The notes beneath the pieces were generated by a model. That model searched no databases, was not told the origin of the DNA, and worked only from the letters and a program-made list of their open reading frames with translations. Position numbers and translations under genes: made by a program. DNA of 64,000 nt from Utricularia gibba (Eukaryota > Plantae > Magnoliophyta), in the NCBI GenBank assembly GCA_002189035.1, contig NEEC01000009.1, forward strand, positions 1,178,001 through 1,242,000. Direction: 5' to 3'. Each line of letters begins with the position of its first letter. The first letter of the stretch is position 1. Of the stretch, positions 10,659 to 23,997 are shown in pieces.

Positions 10659-12389
10659 ATGGGCTTTGTTGGATGGAATAATGAGGATAGCGCAGTGGCA
10701 GCAGCGGTTTTGGGATCGAATGCGTTTAATTACTTGATGTCGAGCTCGATTTCTGCTGAGTGTTCGTTGATAGCTGTGGAAAATGATGAGAGCTTGCAGA
10801 ATAAGCTTTCAGATCTGGTAGAGCACACCAACTACTCCAAATGTAATTGGAATTATGCAATCTTCTGGCAGCTTTCGAGGTCGAGGTCTGGAGACCTCGT
10901 CTTGGCATGGGGTGATGGTTGTTGTCGGGAGCCTCGTGCAGATGAGGAGGCTGAGGGGCATCAAAGATTTGATGCTAAATTCAGAATGGGCGACGAGTCA
11001 CAGCAAAGAATGAGAAAGAGAGTTATACAAATGCTTCATAAAACATTTGGGGGGAGTGATGATGATTGCTATGCTTTTGGATTGGATAGAGTTACGGATA
11101 CTGAGATGTTTTTCCTTGCATCTATGTATTTCTCATTCCCCACTGGACAGGGAGGACCTGGTAAGTGCTTTGTTTCAGGGAAGCATATCTGGTTATCAAA
11201 TGCACTGTCAATGTCTGTGGATTATTGTTTTAGGTCTTCACTCGCAAAGTCGGCTGGCATCCAAACCATTGTCTTGATTCCAACTGATATTGGAGTAGTT
11301 GAACTAGGTTCTGTTAGAAGTATTCCTGAGAACTTGGGGATCTTGAAGTTGGTTGGATCTAAATTCTCTTCATTTTCATGTCCCCTCAGCAAGCAAGTTG
11401 TTGCCGAGGCTGTGAAGAGTGACAAACAGGATTCAGTCGGTGGTGTCACTGGTTTAGCAATTGCGAGCAGGGATCGATGCAATTTCAAAACTTTTGGACA
11501 GGGTAGTTTATCTAATGGCTTGGCAATTGGGGGCAGGGAACAATGCAATCCCAAGATTTTTGGGCAGGATAACTCATCTAATGTGCAGTTCAAGGAAAAA
11601 AGAAGCATGCGACAGACTGCTAGCCATCATAATGGCTTTCATGAAGCTCCATGTACGGCGTACAGTAACTTAAAGTTAGGTAGCGATGAGATTTGTAGAC
11701 ACCCTATGGTTGTTGCAGGTGTTAGTGAAGTTGGCATGGGGTGCAATGCAGAATTTTGGCTGAACGGCACTCAACAGGGCAAGCCATTGCAGATGAAAAT
11801 TGACTTCTCTGGATCTAGCTCCAAGGGTATTGATTCAGAGCATTCCGACCATGAGGCTTGTTGCAAGCGGGAAACATCAGAACCGTCGGAAGAGAGGAGG
11901 CCTAGGAAGCGTGGACGGAAACCTGCAAATGGGAGGGATGAGCCTCTAAATCATGTTGAAGCAGAGAGGCAGCGAAGAGAAAAGCTTAACCAGCGGTTCT
12001 ACGCACTCAGGGCAGTTGTGCCAAACATTTCCAAGATGGACAAAGCTTCACTATTGGGAGATGCCATTGCTTACATAACTGAGCTACAGAAGAGAGTGAG
12101 TGACTTGGAGGGTGAGAGAGGGGGTGAACCGATGGAAGCTAATCATGATGCATTAGCAAAATCGATCGACATTCAAGTAGATGGTGATAAGCTGACATTG
12201 AGACATACCTGTCCTATGGAAACTCACCCTGCTTCAAGCCTGATCCGGGCTATCACAAAAGCCAATGGACGTATCCTTGAGGCGAAAATGGCAGCTGGGG
12301 CCGGGGCGATGTACCACACATTTGTGGTGAAATCCCAGGGATCTGAACGGCTCACCAAGGAAAAATTGATAGAATCCATGTCCCTCTAG
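10659..12389 (+). CDS. bHLH13: bHLH subgroup IIId transcription factor (bHLH13/JAM2, tomato MTB type), a jasmonate-signalling repressor; intronless
   Basis: 576-aa ORF. bHLH-MYC_N domain ([47 protein letters not shown]). b[65 protein letters not shown]-terminal ACT-like region. Confidence 0.9.
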   Translation: MGFVGWNNEDSAVAAAVLGSNAFNYLMSSSISAECSLIAVENDESLQNKLSDLVEHTNYSKCNWNYAIFWQLSRSRSGDLVLAWGDGCCREPRADEEAEGHQRFDAKFRMGDESQQRMRKRVIQMLHKTFGGSDDDCYAFGLDRVTDTEMFFLASMYFSFPTGQGGPGKCFVSGKHIWLSNALSMSVDYCFRSSLAKSAGIQTIVLIPTDIGVVELGSVRSIPENLGILKLVGSKFSSFSCPLSKQVVAEAVKSDKQDSVGGVTGLAIASRDRCNFKTFGQGSLSNGLAIGGREQCNPKIFGQDNSSNVQFKEKRSMRQTASHHNGFHEAPCTAYSNLKLGSDEICRHPMVVAGVSEVGMGCNAEFWLNGTQQGKPLQMKIDFSGSSSKGIDSEHSDHEACCKRETSEPSEERRPRKRGRKPANGRDEPLNHVEAERQRREKLNQRFYALRAVVPNISKMDKASLLGDAIAYITELQKRVSDLEGERGGEPMEANHDALAKSIDIQVDGDKLTLRHTCPMETHPASSLIRAITKANGRILEAKMAAGAGAMYHTFVVKSQGSERLTKEKLIESMSL

Positions 12390-12917
12390 TCCATGTCCTT
12401 TGTTCCTTCATTCTCTGCTGCATAGAAACTCAGTCTAGTTGTCAGTAGGCTTTGGGGGGAGCCATTGCTAATTCAAGCTGAGAAGTTGGTGGATCCTCAG
12501 TTTTGTGTGTTTATAATGTATAGGTACAAGATTCATTTTGTGGACGTTGATTTTGGGATGTTCCTCCATGAAAGTAACTGCTACCAGTGATATGTCTGAA
12601 TAAATTATTATATATAATAATTCATGAAAAAGAACCCATCGACCAGATTGAGCTCGACATCGTGCACGACAGCGCCCGGCGCGATTACTCTTTTTGCGTG
12701 CTCTAACTCCATTTGGTAATGTCTCCGTCGGATGAAGTGGTACATTATTGTTGGGTGTTTTGTAGTCGCAGAGTAGCTTGTTGGTGATGTTTGAACCATT
12801 GTTTGTAGGTTTCGTTCTCCAGGTGTTCGATAATATGCCTCAGTGAGACGACTTGCTTTCAAAATTTCGTAAAAATCGGATTTCCAGATCTTTTCTATAC
12901 AAGCAGGAAAAAGGAAG

Positions 12918-13735
12918 ATGTTTCTACGTCGTGTTGCTGTGAAACTTCAGCCTCTGTCTAGAACTAACATGTTCTACCGTGGCCGCAGCAGCAGTGATCT
13001 TTCTCAGGCTATTACAGAGCTGAATCAGGTGTTCTTTCACATTCAGTTTGAGAAAAAAAAAAAAAGCTAGCTCTGTTTGACATCATTTGCTTCTCATTAT
13101 AGTGATTTGTGTTTGTGAATTTGAAGGAAATGGAATCCGTGCTTGGTAAGCCTCCTGTCAGTTCCTTAAACACCAGCCTGAACATGGATGAGGAAACCTA
13201 TCCTCAAGATTCATCACAGCTTGTAACCAATGTAGTAGAACCGACAGAGACATTGTTCTCTGGACTGACCCATGTTGGCTCTGAAGGTGAAGCTCGAATG
13301 GTGGATATCTCATCAAAAGAGACAACTAACAGAGTGGCTACTGCAAGCTGCAAAGTAATTCTAGGGCAGAAGTTGTTTGATTTGGTGTCGACCAAACAGA
13401 TGGGAAAAGGGGATGTTCTTTCTGTAGCAAGAATCGCAGGGATCTACGGCGCAAAGCAAACCAGCAATCTCATCCCACTATGCCACAACATCAATCTGAG
13501 TCACGTTCACCTGAATTTGAGGATGAATCCAGATGATCTCAGTATTGAGATTGAAGGTGAAGCTGCATGCAGTGGCAAAACTGGAGTGGAGATGGAAGCC
13601 CTGACTGCAGTGACAGTTGCTGGGCTTACAGTTTATGATATGTGCAAGGCGGCTTCCAAGGAGATTGTGATCACTGATGTTATGCTTCAAAGCAAGTCTG
13701 GAGGCAAAAGTGGAGATTGGTTCAGGGACAAGTGA
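12918..13735 (+). CDS. CNX3: Cyclic pyranopterin monophosphate synthase (MoaC), mitochondrial, molybdenum-cofactor biosynthesis
   Basis: Exon 1 (12918-13028, MFLRRVAVK... presequence-like) joins exon 2 (13127-13735). MoaC motifs: LTHVGSEGEARMVDIS, AKQTSNLIPLCH, GKTGVEMEALTAVTVAGLTVYDMCKA, KSGGKSGDW. Confidence 0.95.
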
Positions 13736-14314
13736 CTCTCTCTACTGGTTGGATCACTTGCCCTTCAAACAAACCCTATTCGGGGTTCAACCTTTCCAAC
13801 GAATGAAAGATTTCCATGTTCATACATATTGGATTATGTTGAATTTCTTTATTTTTTATTTTGAATTTTACTTTTATGGCGTGGTACTTGGGAAATTTTC
13901 CTCTGTCAAAGTAATAAGGCATAATTATTATGTTACAAATAGATATTTCACCCACTGATAACACTTCAGTGTGAGCGGCAGGGTGAGAAGTACAGCGCGC
14001 GATGAACCATTTTGGATTTCTCCTGTAGATCAAGGTGAGTGATGAATCGTCGTCTTCGGTAAGGAAACGGCTCGTTTCCAGGTGCTGTTTCCGCGGATTG
14101 GAGGTGAGGAAGCGGTCGGCTTCTGCGGGTTTTTCTGTAGAGGTGAGGGTGACGAAGGAATTTCGCGAGCAGAGATATCGAGACCAGTATCTTCGCTCAT
14201 CTCTTCGTAATTTTTGTTTATGCCCTAGTTTCCGAGATAAGGACCTTCGCAGGCATCGGTGTGTGCCGCTGTTGCGTTCTGACGATATGAAGAATTTTGA
14301 GTAAAGACGCAGAG

Positions 14315-17300
14315 ATGGATCTGAAGTCGTCTATGTTTATTCAACTGCGGTTTTCGCCGGCTGTTCCATTCAATGCGTGCTCTCCGTTGGACACCATTTC
14401 CATGTACAGTAATTCACAACGCCGCCGGTTATTTCCTATTTATTCAGTCAAGCCGATTCCAGCAAGGCGGTTCCGAATTTCTGTATATCTAGGACGTGAG
14501 AGAACTCGTTCTAATTATTTGAGGAGGAAACTCGCTCATCAGTTCCCGCAGTTTCAACAAGGAAGTCACTTGGAAAACTCAGAGAATGATTCTTTAACTG
14601 TTGATATAATTTCCGATGATTCTGGTAATAGAAGCCAGAATTTCAATGAAACTAGTGGCCCTAGTAGCGACAGCAATGATCTTATAGGTGAACCAGTCGT
14701 GAAATCAGGGAAGAAGAAAGCTGGCGAGTCTGTTCTATGGGATAAGTTAGAGAGCTGGGTAGAACAGTATAAGAAGGATACTGAATTTTGGGGCATTGGC
14801 ACAGGAACAATATTTACCATTTATGAGGATTCTGAATCTAAGATTGACAGAGTTGTTGTGAATGATGATGAAATCAGGAAAAGAAACCGTGGAAACGAGG
14901 ACCTTGATGAGGTTACATTCAAGTTATCCTTGGCACATGACATGGCTATTGAAATGGAGAATAACAAAAATGTAATTCCAAGGAACAGTTCTGTTGTAAA
15001 ATTTGTGGTTTCTGGAGAGGAGTCATGGCTGACACAATGCAAGTCTCATTTCATGGGAGTAGTTCACCACATTTCTTCAAGACCTGGTTTGTTTAGAAAA
15101 TTGTCACTATCTGTGGTCCTGGTATTATGTGGGATTTTTGTAGTTCGGGTCAGCAGAATGCTCTTCTCCGATCTACAAAGTAGCAAGGAATTAACAAAGT
15201 TGGAGGAGGAAATGTTGAGGAGAAAGCAGAGATCGCGAAAGGGGAAAGTTAGCATGGTGAGAGGCAGCGTGGAGGTGATACAGGATCCGGTAGAGCCTAA
15301 AAGCATGGCTTTTAGGAGACCTTTACTCGATAAGGAAGAAATTGCTAAGAGTGTTAAGGCTATGGCATCCAATTCTGAACTTGCTGGGATGAAGCAGTCT
15401 TTTCAGGAAGATAATGACTTGAAGGATAAAATAAAAGAAATCAGGATGATGGCAAGGCGTGCAAGGGAACTTGATAAAAGAGATTCTTGTTTAGATGAAA
15501 CTCATGGAAAGGACAGCCAAGCCTTGAAAGATGCTTCTAAGAGCAGCGGGAGCCGAGCAAATGAAACTATGAATGCTGCAGTGTCTATTGAGGAGGTTTC
15601 CCTGCAGGAAAGCAACAGTGAGAAGCCTATGATTGAATCCTCTGACTCGCCTGAAGTAACACCACATCCGGATGCCTCAGGAAGTCAATCAGCCCAGCAA
15701 AGTATTTCTAGGAAGAAGCTAAGAATCATAAGTTCAGCCGAAGAAGCTAGGGAATATCTATCAAAAAAACATCCAAATTCCAATGTGCTTAAAGAACACG
15801 AAACTGTTAGTAATGATGCAAATGGCGTTGCTGCTGTAGTAGCATCTGGTGGAACAAATGATGAGATCTCAGTTGGGGAGGTTCCGGTCTCCATGGACTT
15901 AGGTGTCAAGAATGGGACTGTACAACCTGTTTCAGATCAGAGTGTGGATGGTGAAGGAATAGAAAGCAACGTGGCTAGTGCAAATGATTCTAAGGGGCAT
16001 AAAAAAATTTCAGGTCCTCGAGCCAGGATCAATGGTAAATATACAGAATTATCTAAGGTTAACACAACCAAACCAAAAGCAGCAGAGTACAGAGCTGGGA
16101 GTAACAGCCATTTCGATGGAAACAAAATGCCTCCATTTCCATCAGTGAAAGATTCAACATCCCCTAAAACACCGAGTTCAGATAATATTGAAGATGACAC
16201 GAAAATGAATGTGAAGCCCACAGGCAGTCCTCAAAATAGCAGCAGAGACTGGATAGAGAAGAATTTCCATGAGTTTGAGCCTATTATTAAAAAAATTGGA
16301 TTGGGATTCACAGAAAATTACCAGATAGCTAAGGAGAAATCAAGCCTAGAACTGGTTCCTGAGATGGAAAAGTCAGATGGTTGGGATGAACTTGAATGGA
16401 TGAAAGACGAAGAACTCAGGGAGATTGTATTTCAAGTTAGGGACAATGAACTTTCTGGAAGAGACCCATTTCACCAAATGACTGAAGAAAAAAAGCTCTA
16501 TTTCTTTAGTGGTCTTGACAGAATGGCTGAAGCTGAAAATAAGAAGTTGCTTCATTTGCACGAATACTTGCATTCCAACATTGAAAACCTTGATTATGGG
16601 GCAGGTAAAACAGTTCTCCTCGGATAATCTGCTGATTGCTCTTGCTCCTTTTCAAATTGGTTCTGATAATCTGCTGCGTTTGACTACAGATGGCATTAGC
16701 TTGTACGACCCTCCAGAGAAAATTATACCAAGATGGAAAGTCCCACCTGCTGATGGAAATCCTGAGTTGAGCATTCTAATGGGTCAAAGAAAGGATCCGA
16801 GCCTTAAGACCTCAAAGATATCAGAGAAAACAGGAATTGATATCCCCGAAAAACCAGGGCATATTTCTCCTTCCAAGACTAGCAGCAAAAAAGGTGCTCC
16901 AAAGACGGTTATACAAGGAAGTGATGGTTCAGTGAGAGCGGGAAAAAGATCAGGCAAAGAGTTCTGGCAGCACACAAAGAAGTGGTCTCAAGGATTCATG
17001 GAGTCTTACAACGCTGAATCTGACCCAGAGGTGAAGGCTGTGATGAAGGATATAGGTAAGGACTTGGATAGATGGATCACAGAAAAAGAAATAAAAGAAG
17101 CAGCTGATTTTATGGAGAAACTTCCCGAAAAGGGAAGAGATTTTTTGAAACAAAAACTAGAGAAGGTGAAACGAGAAATGCAGCTTTATGGACCCCAGGC
17201 AGTGGTGAGCAAGTACCGTGAATACTCAGAAGAGAAGGAAGTGGACCATCTGTGGTGGCTTGATCTTCCGTATATCTTAGTGAGCTTCTTCTTCTTTCGT

Positions 17301-18009
17301 ATGATTAAGTGAATTTTTATTTGTTGCCTTCATTTCTTAATTATCTGGAACATGTACCTGTTTTAGTGCATAGAAATGTACACGGTGGAAGAGGGTGAAG
17401 AGAGAGTAGGATTGTATTCCTTGGAGATGGCTGCTGATCTTGAACTGGATCCAAAACAGTACCATGTAATTGCTTTTGAGGATGCTGGTGACTGCAAGAA
17501 TCTTTGCTACATCATACAAGCTCACATGGAAATGCTGGGAAAGGGGAACGCCTTCGTCATTGCTCGACCACCCAAGGTAATAGAAACCATCCCCAACAAA
17601 GACTAAATGAACCCGGCTATGATGACATGCAATGCAGTTGCAAGATAAATGAATTTCCATTGGTGTCAACTTTGCAGGATGCTTTCAGGGAAGCCAAAGC
17701 AAATGGGTTCAGTGTGACCGTCGTGAGGAAAGGCCAGGTGCAGATGGATGTGGATAAAACTTTGGAAGAAGTAGAAGAATCCTTGGTAGAGGTTGGAAGC
17801 AAGATATACCATGATAAAATCACAAAGGAGCGATCTGTGGATGTAAACGGACTAATGAAGGGGTTTTTGGTTTCAACTTACCAGCCCAGAGGTAAATGCC
17901 ATGAGATTTTTTTATCATTGTTTCATTCAACATTCTAACTTTTTGAATTGAGCTTCTGGTTTCTTGCAGGAAGCGGCTAATGAAGAAACTGAGAAAAATT
18001 AAACAGTGA
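14315..18009 (+). CDS. EMB1703: Plastid-type protein of the EMB1703 (At3g61780) family, 5 exons
   Basis: Exons 14315-16604, 16690-17279, 17367-17576, 17678-17891 and 17970-18009 join in frame. Conserved segments: LESWVEQYKKDTEFWGIG, ELEWMKDEELREIVFQVRDNELSGRDPFH, WQHTKKWSQGF, LDPKQYHVIAFEDAGDCKNLCYI. Confidence 0.8.
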
Positions 18010-18111
18010 AAAAGAGGCAGCAGCATCATTCTTGTTGAGAAATTTATAGGACTATTTGGATCAAAGCCACTGGAAACAATACGGAAGCGTTTGTGTTTCT
18101 GGTAAATCACA

Positions 18112-18694
18112 TTAACAACGGTATCCCGAGACGGTGCCGCGGGTGGCTTCGATCCACACCGTGCACTCTACCCGACTCTCGACTCTGTGTTTGAACAGCT
18201 TGAGAACTCTGACACTCCCGGCCAACTTCATCCTCGTCTCGATCTCCATTGTGTCGCCGGGAGGGGGCCGTGGGTATTTCTGCAGATCAAACTCCGCCGA
18301 CATTCTCTGCCTCCCGCCGCCTGCAATTCTCCCGGCTGGTATATAGATGATTCCGACGGGCTCCCCGGCGTAGACCAGCTGCAGCGAGTTATCGTAATGA
18401 GAAAACTCCCCCCGGTTGGGGTTGGTGACAGTGACGTACTGAATGAAGTGGAAGCTAATCGCTCCGTTTGAGGCGGAGAAGGAGGGGAACTGAATGCCGT
18501 TGACTGCAATTACCGGGGTTTGGGTCTGAAGAGGAAGAAGTACACTGCAAAGGCTGCCGCGGCCGCCGCGATTAGGAAAACGGTGGCGACGGCGCATGAT
18601 GCCAAGTTGGCCCCCCCTCTTCTGGGTTTGTCGTTGTAAGGGTAGTAATAAGGGGGTGATTATTAGATTCCTCGGATCTGCGGTTCTGGCTCAT
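18112..18694 (-). CDS. LEA_2 / NHL-like membrane protein carrying two apparent 1-bp deletions
   Basis: Adding one base at 18652-18656 (G5) and one at 18515-18518 (G4) gives one 194-aa ORF: MSQNRRSEESNNHPPYYY..NLASCAVATVFLIAAAAAAFAVYFFLFRPKPPVIAVN..NPNRGEFSHYDNSLQLVY..RVLKLFKHRVESRVEC..C*. The span is 583 nt; adding 2 gives 585. Confidence 0.8.
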
Positions 18695-18710
18695 AGCACT
18701 CGGAATGCGG

Positions 18711-18733
18711 AAGAGAAGAGAAGAGAAGAGAAG
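18711..18733. repeat. (AAGAG)n microsatellite in the LEA_2 5' region
   Basis: Seen directly: aagagaagagaagagaagagaag. Confidence 0.85.
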
Positions 18734-19611
18734 AAATAGAGAAGAAGACTAGGAGTGTGGTGGGCTTCGGGGAATCAAGTGCCGGGGCTCTACTTGGATG
18801 TGTGGCTACTTTTAACCTCTAAAAAGAAAGCAAAGTTGCACAATGATGGAGATTGCCAATTGGAGAAAGAAAAGCTCAAAGTCATGCCCTTCCTTCTTCA
18901 ACAGTTGGCTTCTCCGGACAAAACCATAACAAGCAATTGCAGGCTCTGTGTTTTCAGTACGGTGCCCCCCCTAGGTTCAGTGTAACAGAAAGAAAGTATG
19001 ATGCAAGGGAAAAAGGAGAGACTCTCCACAGGGAGAGCTGAAACTGTGAAGGCATGAATAGAAGGTATGGGCACGGAATGCTCAGTCCAGCGACTCGCAT
19101 ACGATCCGTGTCCTGGGTTGACGATGCAACATGGACCGCTAAAAACAAAAGCCCGTTTACACGAAACTCAGGTATTTTGATTACTCCTGTAGCCCAGGTT
19201 ATAAAATTATAGTTTCTATCTACGGAAAATTCTTAATTTTATTTTATTTTATTTTTAAACTGTTGTCTTTTTAGGCAAGCTTGTGATTTTCAAACGATGG
19301 GAACGGGAGTGCTGTGTCGACAGGGAAAAAACTTGACCATCCAACGGCGAGTTGGTTTAACTGAACCCAAACCGTATTCGGCCCATTAGTTTGGCCGGGC
19401 CATCCGCGGACTTGAAATTTGAAAAGGCCAACGGTGTGACACCGACTTTCTGCTCTCTTCGCTCCATTTCAATCCGTCGCTTCTCCATATCTCTGACTTC
19501 GCTTCACACAGCTGCGGGACCTTGGATCACCGGCTTCTCATCATTGTTTTGGAAGTGATACAGATCGAATCCAGATTTTTTCGTTGACTTGCTGCTGATC
19601 TGAAATTACAT

Positions 19612-22600
19612 ATGGACAGTAGCTTGATATCACTTGTGAACAAGCTCCAACGAGCTTGTACGGCGCTTGGGGATCACGGTGAGGAGACATCGTTGCCTAC
19701 TCTCTGGGATGCGTTACCTTCTATCGCCGTCGTCGGCGGTCAGGTTCGTTCGTTTTTTTTTTCCTTTTTCTTTGTTTTTGTGTATAGCTGTCGTATTATG
19801 TATGAATTTTTTAAGGAATTTAGATTTCCTTTCGAGAATATGTGTGTGCTATGGTTTTTTATGAAATTGAGTTCAGATATGATGTTGAGGCTGCTGATTC
19901 TACTCTACTCTCTATTAGAGTTCTGGAAAGTCTTCCGTGCTTGAGAGCATTGTGGGGAAGGATTTTCTACCTCGTGGTTCAGGTATTGTTTTCGTAATTA
20001 ATCGAAGATAAGATAATTCAATTTTATTAAGGTAAGAGTCAACGGTTTTCGCTGTGTACCAGGTATTGTTACTCGGCGTCCCCTTGTTCTGCAGCTTTAT
20101 CGGATTGATGAGGGCAGAGAATATGCCGAATTCGGGCATCTTCCTAGGAAGAGGTTCACGGACTTTGGTACGCCTTTTTGTCTTCTGTCAATGGGATCTT
20201 GTTTAGTGGATCCTTCACTAAAGTTCATCTACGCTTTTTTTTTTTTTTTTTTGCAGATGCTGTCAGGCAAGAGATTGCTGATGAAACTGATAGGGAGACA
20301 GGGCGTACAAAGCAAATTTCTTCAGTTCCAATATATCTGAGTATTTATTCGCCAAATGGTTGGTTTCTTCTTTAAGTTGTGCTTTTCGTGTGTAAGATTT
20401 CGGGTTTATTTACATTCTATATGATTTGCAGTTGTGAATTTAACCCTGATTGATCTTCCTGGTCTTACAAAGGTTGCTGTTGGTGAGTCTATATTCATGG
20501 ATTTGTTAGAATAGTCTTTTTTTTTCCGTATGTCAAGAAAAAGTAATTTCTATTGATTTGCATTAGAGGGTCAGCCAGAAAGCGTTGTAATGGAGATCGA
20601 GAACATGGTGCGGTCATACATTGAGAAGGTACAATCTTAGCTTCACGACTTATTTGTCTGTATTTTAGGTTGTTTTCTTGTCAGCTGATTTACGCATCAT
20701 TAGCTATATTGTAGAAGTTCTAGGACTTACATCAGTTTTGTTGCATCTTCCCTGTTTTTTTTAATGAATGGCACCATAAGGCATGCTGTTTCCGATTTTT
20801 TATTTCAGCCCAACTGTATAATTTTGGCAATTTCTCCTGCCAACCAAGATCTTGCCACATCGGATGCAATTAAAATTTCTCGTGAAGTAGACCCAAAAGG
20901 TTTGAAATGTTAACATTGTCTACTTTGGTTACTGCAAGGGATGACCTTGACTTGTTTCATTATCAGCTGGTTCTTTTTTTTTTTTTTTTGTGTTGCCTTG
21001 CATGAAAGTAGTATTATTTTAGGTGACAGAACATTTGGCGTTTTAACCAAGATTGATCTCATGGACAAGGGTACCGATGCAGTGGATGTAAGTGCGCTTG
21101 CTATCATCTTCTGGTATTCTTATGAAGTCATCGAAAACTCGATAATGTTTATATTGATTTTTATTTATTTTGCTTCTTAGATACTTGAAGGAAAAGCATA
21201 TAAGCTGCAGTTTCCGTGGATTGGTGTTGTTAATCGCTCTCAACAAGACATTAATAAAAACGTTGATATGATTGCTGCAAGACGTAGGGAGCATCAGTAT
21301 TTTTCTCAAACCATAGAATACAAGCATCTTGCTCACAGAATGGGATCCGAGCATCTCGGGAAAGTACTGTCAAAAGTAAGGAATTTCCTTCAAGTAAACA
21401 TGAAAGAACGGAATTTAATAAATGACCTTTACAAGACCTGGCTGCTTCGGTTAGCCTCCTTTTTACTTGCGGGTTTTGTGGATCTTTAGACGGTTTTAAT
21501 TGGTATGAAAGCCTAGTTGGGGTCTTAAGTTTCTTACTTGCTGTTTCATCTTTTCCTCTTTAGCATTTGGAAGCTGTAATCAAATCAAGAATACCTGGAC
21601 TTCAGTCACTTATCACCAAAACCATCCTTGATATGGAATCCGAGCTGAGTCGTCTTGGAAAGCCCATGGCAGCTGATGCGGGGGTGAGCATGACTTCTAT
21701 TGCTTAATAACTCTCTATTTGCTATGGTTAGGAATATATCATTTTTTCTTAACTGGCGTCTGCATTCAGCTTTGGTCATCTTTCTGTTAACAATTGCAGG
21801 GGAAATTGTACATGATCATGGAGATTTGCCGTGCATTTGATGGAATATTCAAAGATCACCTTGATGGAGGGTATGAGCTTCTTGTTCCCTGCGTAGTAGA
21901 AAGCACTAACCCAAGTAGGATTCTTTTCTGTTTCTGTAACCTAATCTTTGTTTTAAATGATTCTGCAGGCGGCCAGGAGGTGATAAAATTTACAATGTCT
22001 TTGACAACCAACTCCCTGCTGCGCTAAAGCGTCTGCAGTTTGATAAACACCTCGCAATGGAAAATGTGCGGAAATTAATTACAGAGGCAGATGGATATCA
22101 GCCCCACCTTCTAGCGCCCGAACAGGGATATCGCCGTTTGATTGAAACTGCATTGGCTACCATTAAAGGTCCAGCTGAAGCAGCAGTTGATGCAGTAAGA
22201 TTTTATCTTCGCTTCTGCCTCTCATGCTTGTGGAGGAGGTGCTAGTGATCTTGTTTTTCCTGGAAATGTATAGCTCAAGTATAGCCTTTCCCTTTGCAGG
22301 TTCATGGAATACTGAGGGAATTGGTTAACAAATCAGTTAACGAGACATCGGTATGTTCTTGCACCACTGTTAACCACATTAAGCTTTTTCAGAGGCTTCA
22401 CCGCATTTAAATGCGTAACCAACACTTTTTCCCATTTTATATCAAGGAGCTGAGACAGTTCCCTTCATTGAGAGTGGAAGTGAAAAATGCTGCATATGAA
22501 TCACTGGAGAGGATGAGAGAAGAAAGCAAACGGGCAACGTTGCAACTAGTTGAAATGGAATGGTGCTACTTGACTGTAGATTTCTTCAGGAAGATCCCTC

Positions 22601-23095
22601 AAGATGTTGAGAAAGGTGGCACTGCTACACATTCTATTTTTGATCGATACAACGACTCGTACCTCCAAAGGATCGGTATGCAATCGTGCCAGTTTCAATG
22701 CCTTACGTCTCGCTGAAGCCATAATCTTGACATTGGCTTTTCTTGAGTGTTGCAGGGACGAATGTCCTCTCCTACGTCAATATGGTATGTGGAAGTTTGA
22801 GGAACTCCATTCCGAAATCCATTGTTTATTGCCAAGTCCGTGAAGCGAAGCGTGGTTTGTTTGATCATTTCTACGCAGAACTGGGTAAAAAAGAGGTGCG
22901 TTCCGTGTCCTCGCTGCCGAACATTTTGATCTCGGTGCATGTTACACAGGACTGCTTTTTTTACAGGGGAGGCAATTAGGAGTGCTTCTGGACGAGGATC
23001 CCGCCATCATGCAGCGCCGTACCTCGCTTGCAAAGCGACTTGAGTTGTACAGAGCAGCGCAGGCGGAAATCGATTCAGTAGCCTGGTCCAAATAG
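19612..23095 (+). CDS. DRP1B: Dynamin-related protein 1 (phragmoplastin, DRP1B type), 16 exons
   Basis: N-terminus [34 protein letters not shown]|[10 protein letters not shown] (P-loop). Also [45 protein letters not shown], and C-terminal GED ..[12 protein letters not shown]. All introns are GT-AG. Confidence 0.93.
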
Positions 23096-23997
23096 ATTGA
23101 TCATCACTGGCTCGGTGCCTTTCTTTCTACCTGGTATGCATACTTCTCGCCGTTTACTAGCCGCGTTCTAGATGCCTTTGGGTGTTTAAGAACGTTGCTC
23201 ATCACTGTGTAGTTCTAAAACTTAGGATTTACTTCGTAAATATGAAATACTATTAATGTTAAATAATATATGAACTTTACTTCAATGCTTCTAATTTTTT
23301 TTTATTTAAAATTTCATTCATGTCGATGCACAAATTCATTCATATGTGAACTTTTATTTGATATCAGAACAATGAAATGTAATATTTTTCTTTTTATTTA
23401 AAAAAAATTCCACTTTCAACACAATTTTCTATTAGATACATAATAACTAATTATTTCTTAAATACTATATATAATTATTTCTACTAAACGTTCCATTGAA
23501 CAAATCCGTCCAAACAAAAGAGAACAAATCACCGATAACAAAATGCAACAAACATTGAATAAAGAAATAAGATGTTTTCTCAAACAGGTCTGTTAATTTA
23601 CAAAAACAACGACAAATTCTTAATTTTCATTCATCGTTTTCATTTGATTTTTTATAATTAAAAATTGAAAAATCAACTAAAAACTTCATTTTTTACTTCC
23701 AGTTTCAGAAGATGGCCATGCAACATGCCTAAAGTCAACGTGACCAAAAACTGTGGCAAGGTAGTTTGAAGAATATACCTGCACAAGGATCTTGATGTTA
23801 AAAAGTAGCAGGGACGACCAGCAATATACGAGCTGTGTTCGTGGTTTGATTACAAAGAAACGAAATGCCCCAATGCTTCTTGCAACCAAAGGAAATATGG
23901 TATTAGAATATAGAGCTAGCATCCCAGCGAGGAATTTAATCGATGAAAAGAATCTGGATTCGCGAACATACCGGGTCAACAAAGCAGACCGTTGGCT

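Noticed and set aside
12608-12862. 84-aa minus-strand ORF between the bHLH and CNX3
   Set aside because: No motif and a TTG start; it lies in the CNX3 promoter/leader.
14566-16573. Numerous 60-130 aa ORFs antisense to long exons (also within FKGP, REC1, the helicase, F-box, JAR1 and MLKL)
   Set aside because: These are shadow ORFs from codon bias on the opposite strand; no independent motifs.
19980-20070. 11-nt direct repeat CAGGTATTGTT at both ends of DRP1B intron 2 (possible intron gain by duplication or recursive site)
   Set aside because: It is largely explained by splice consensus plus the conserved GIV codons; short AG|GT proto-splice matches are common in this window.
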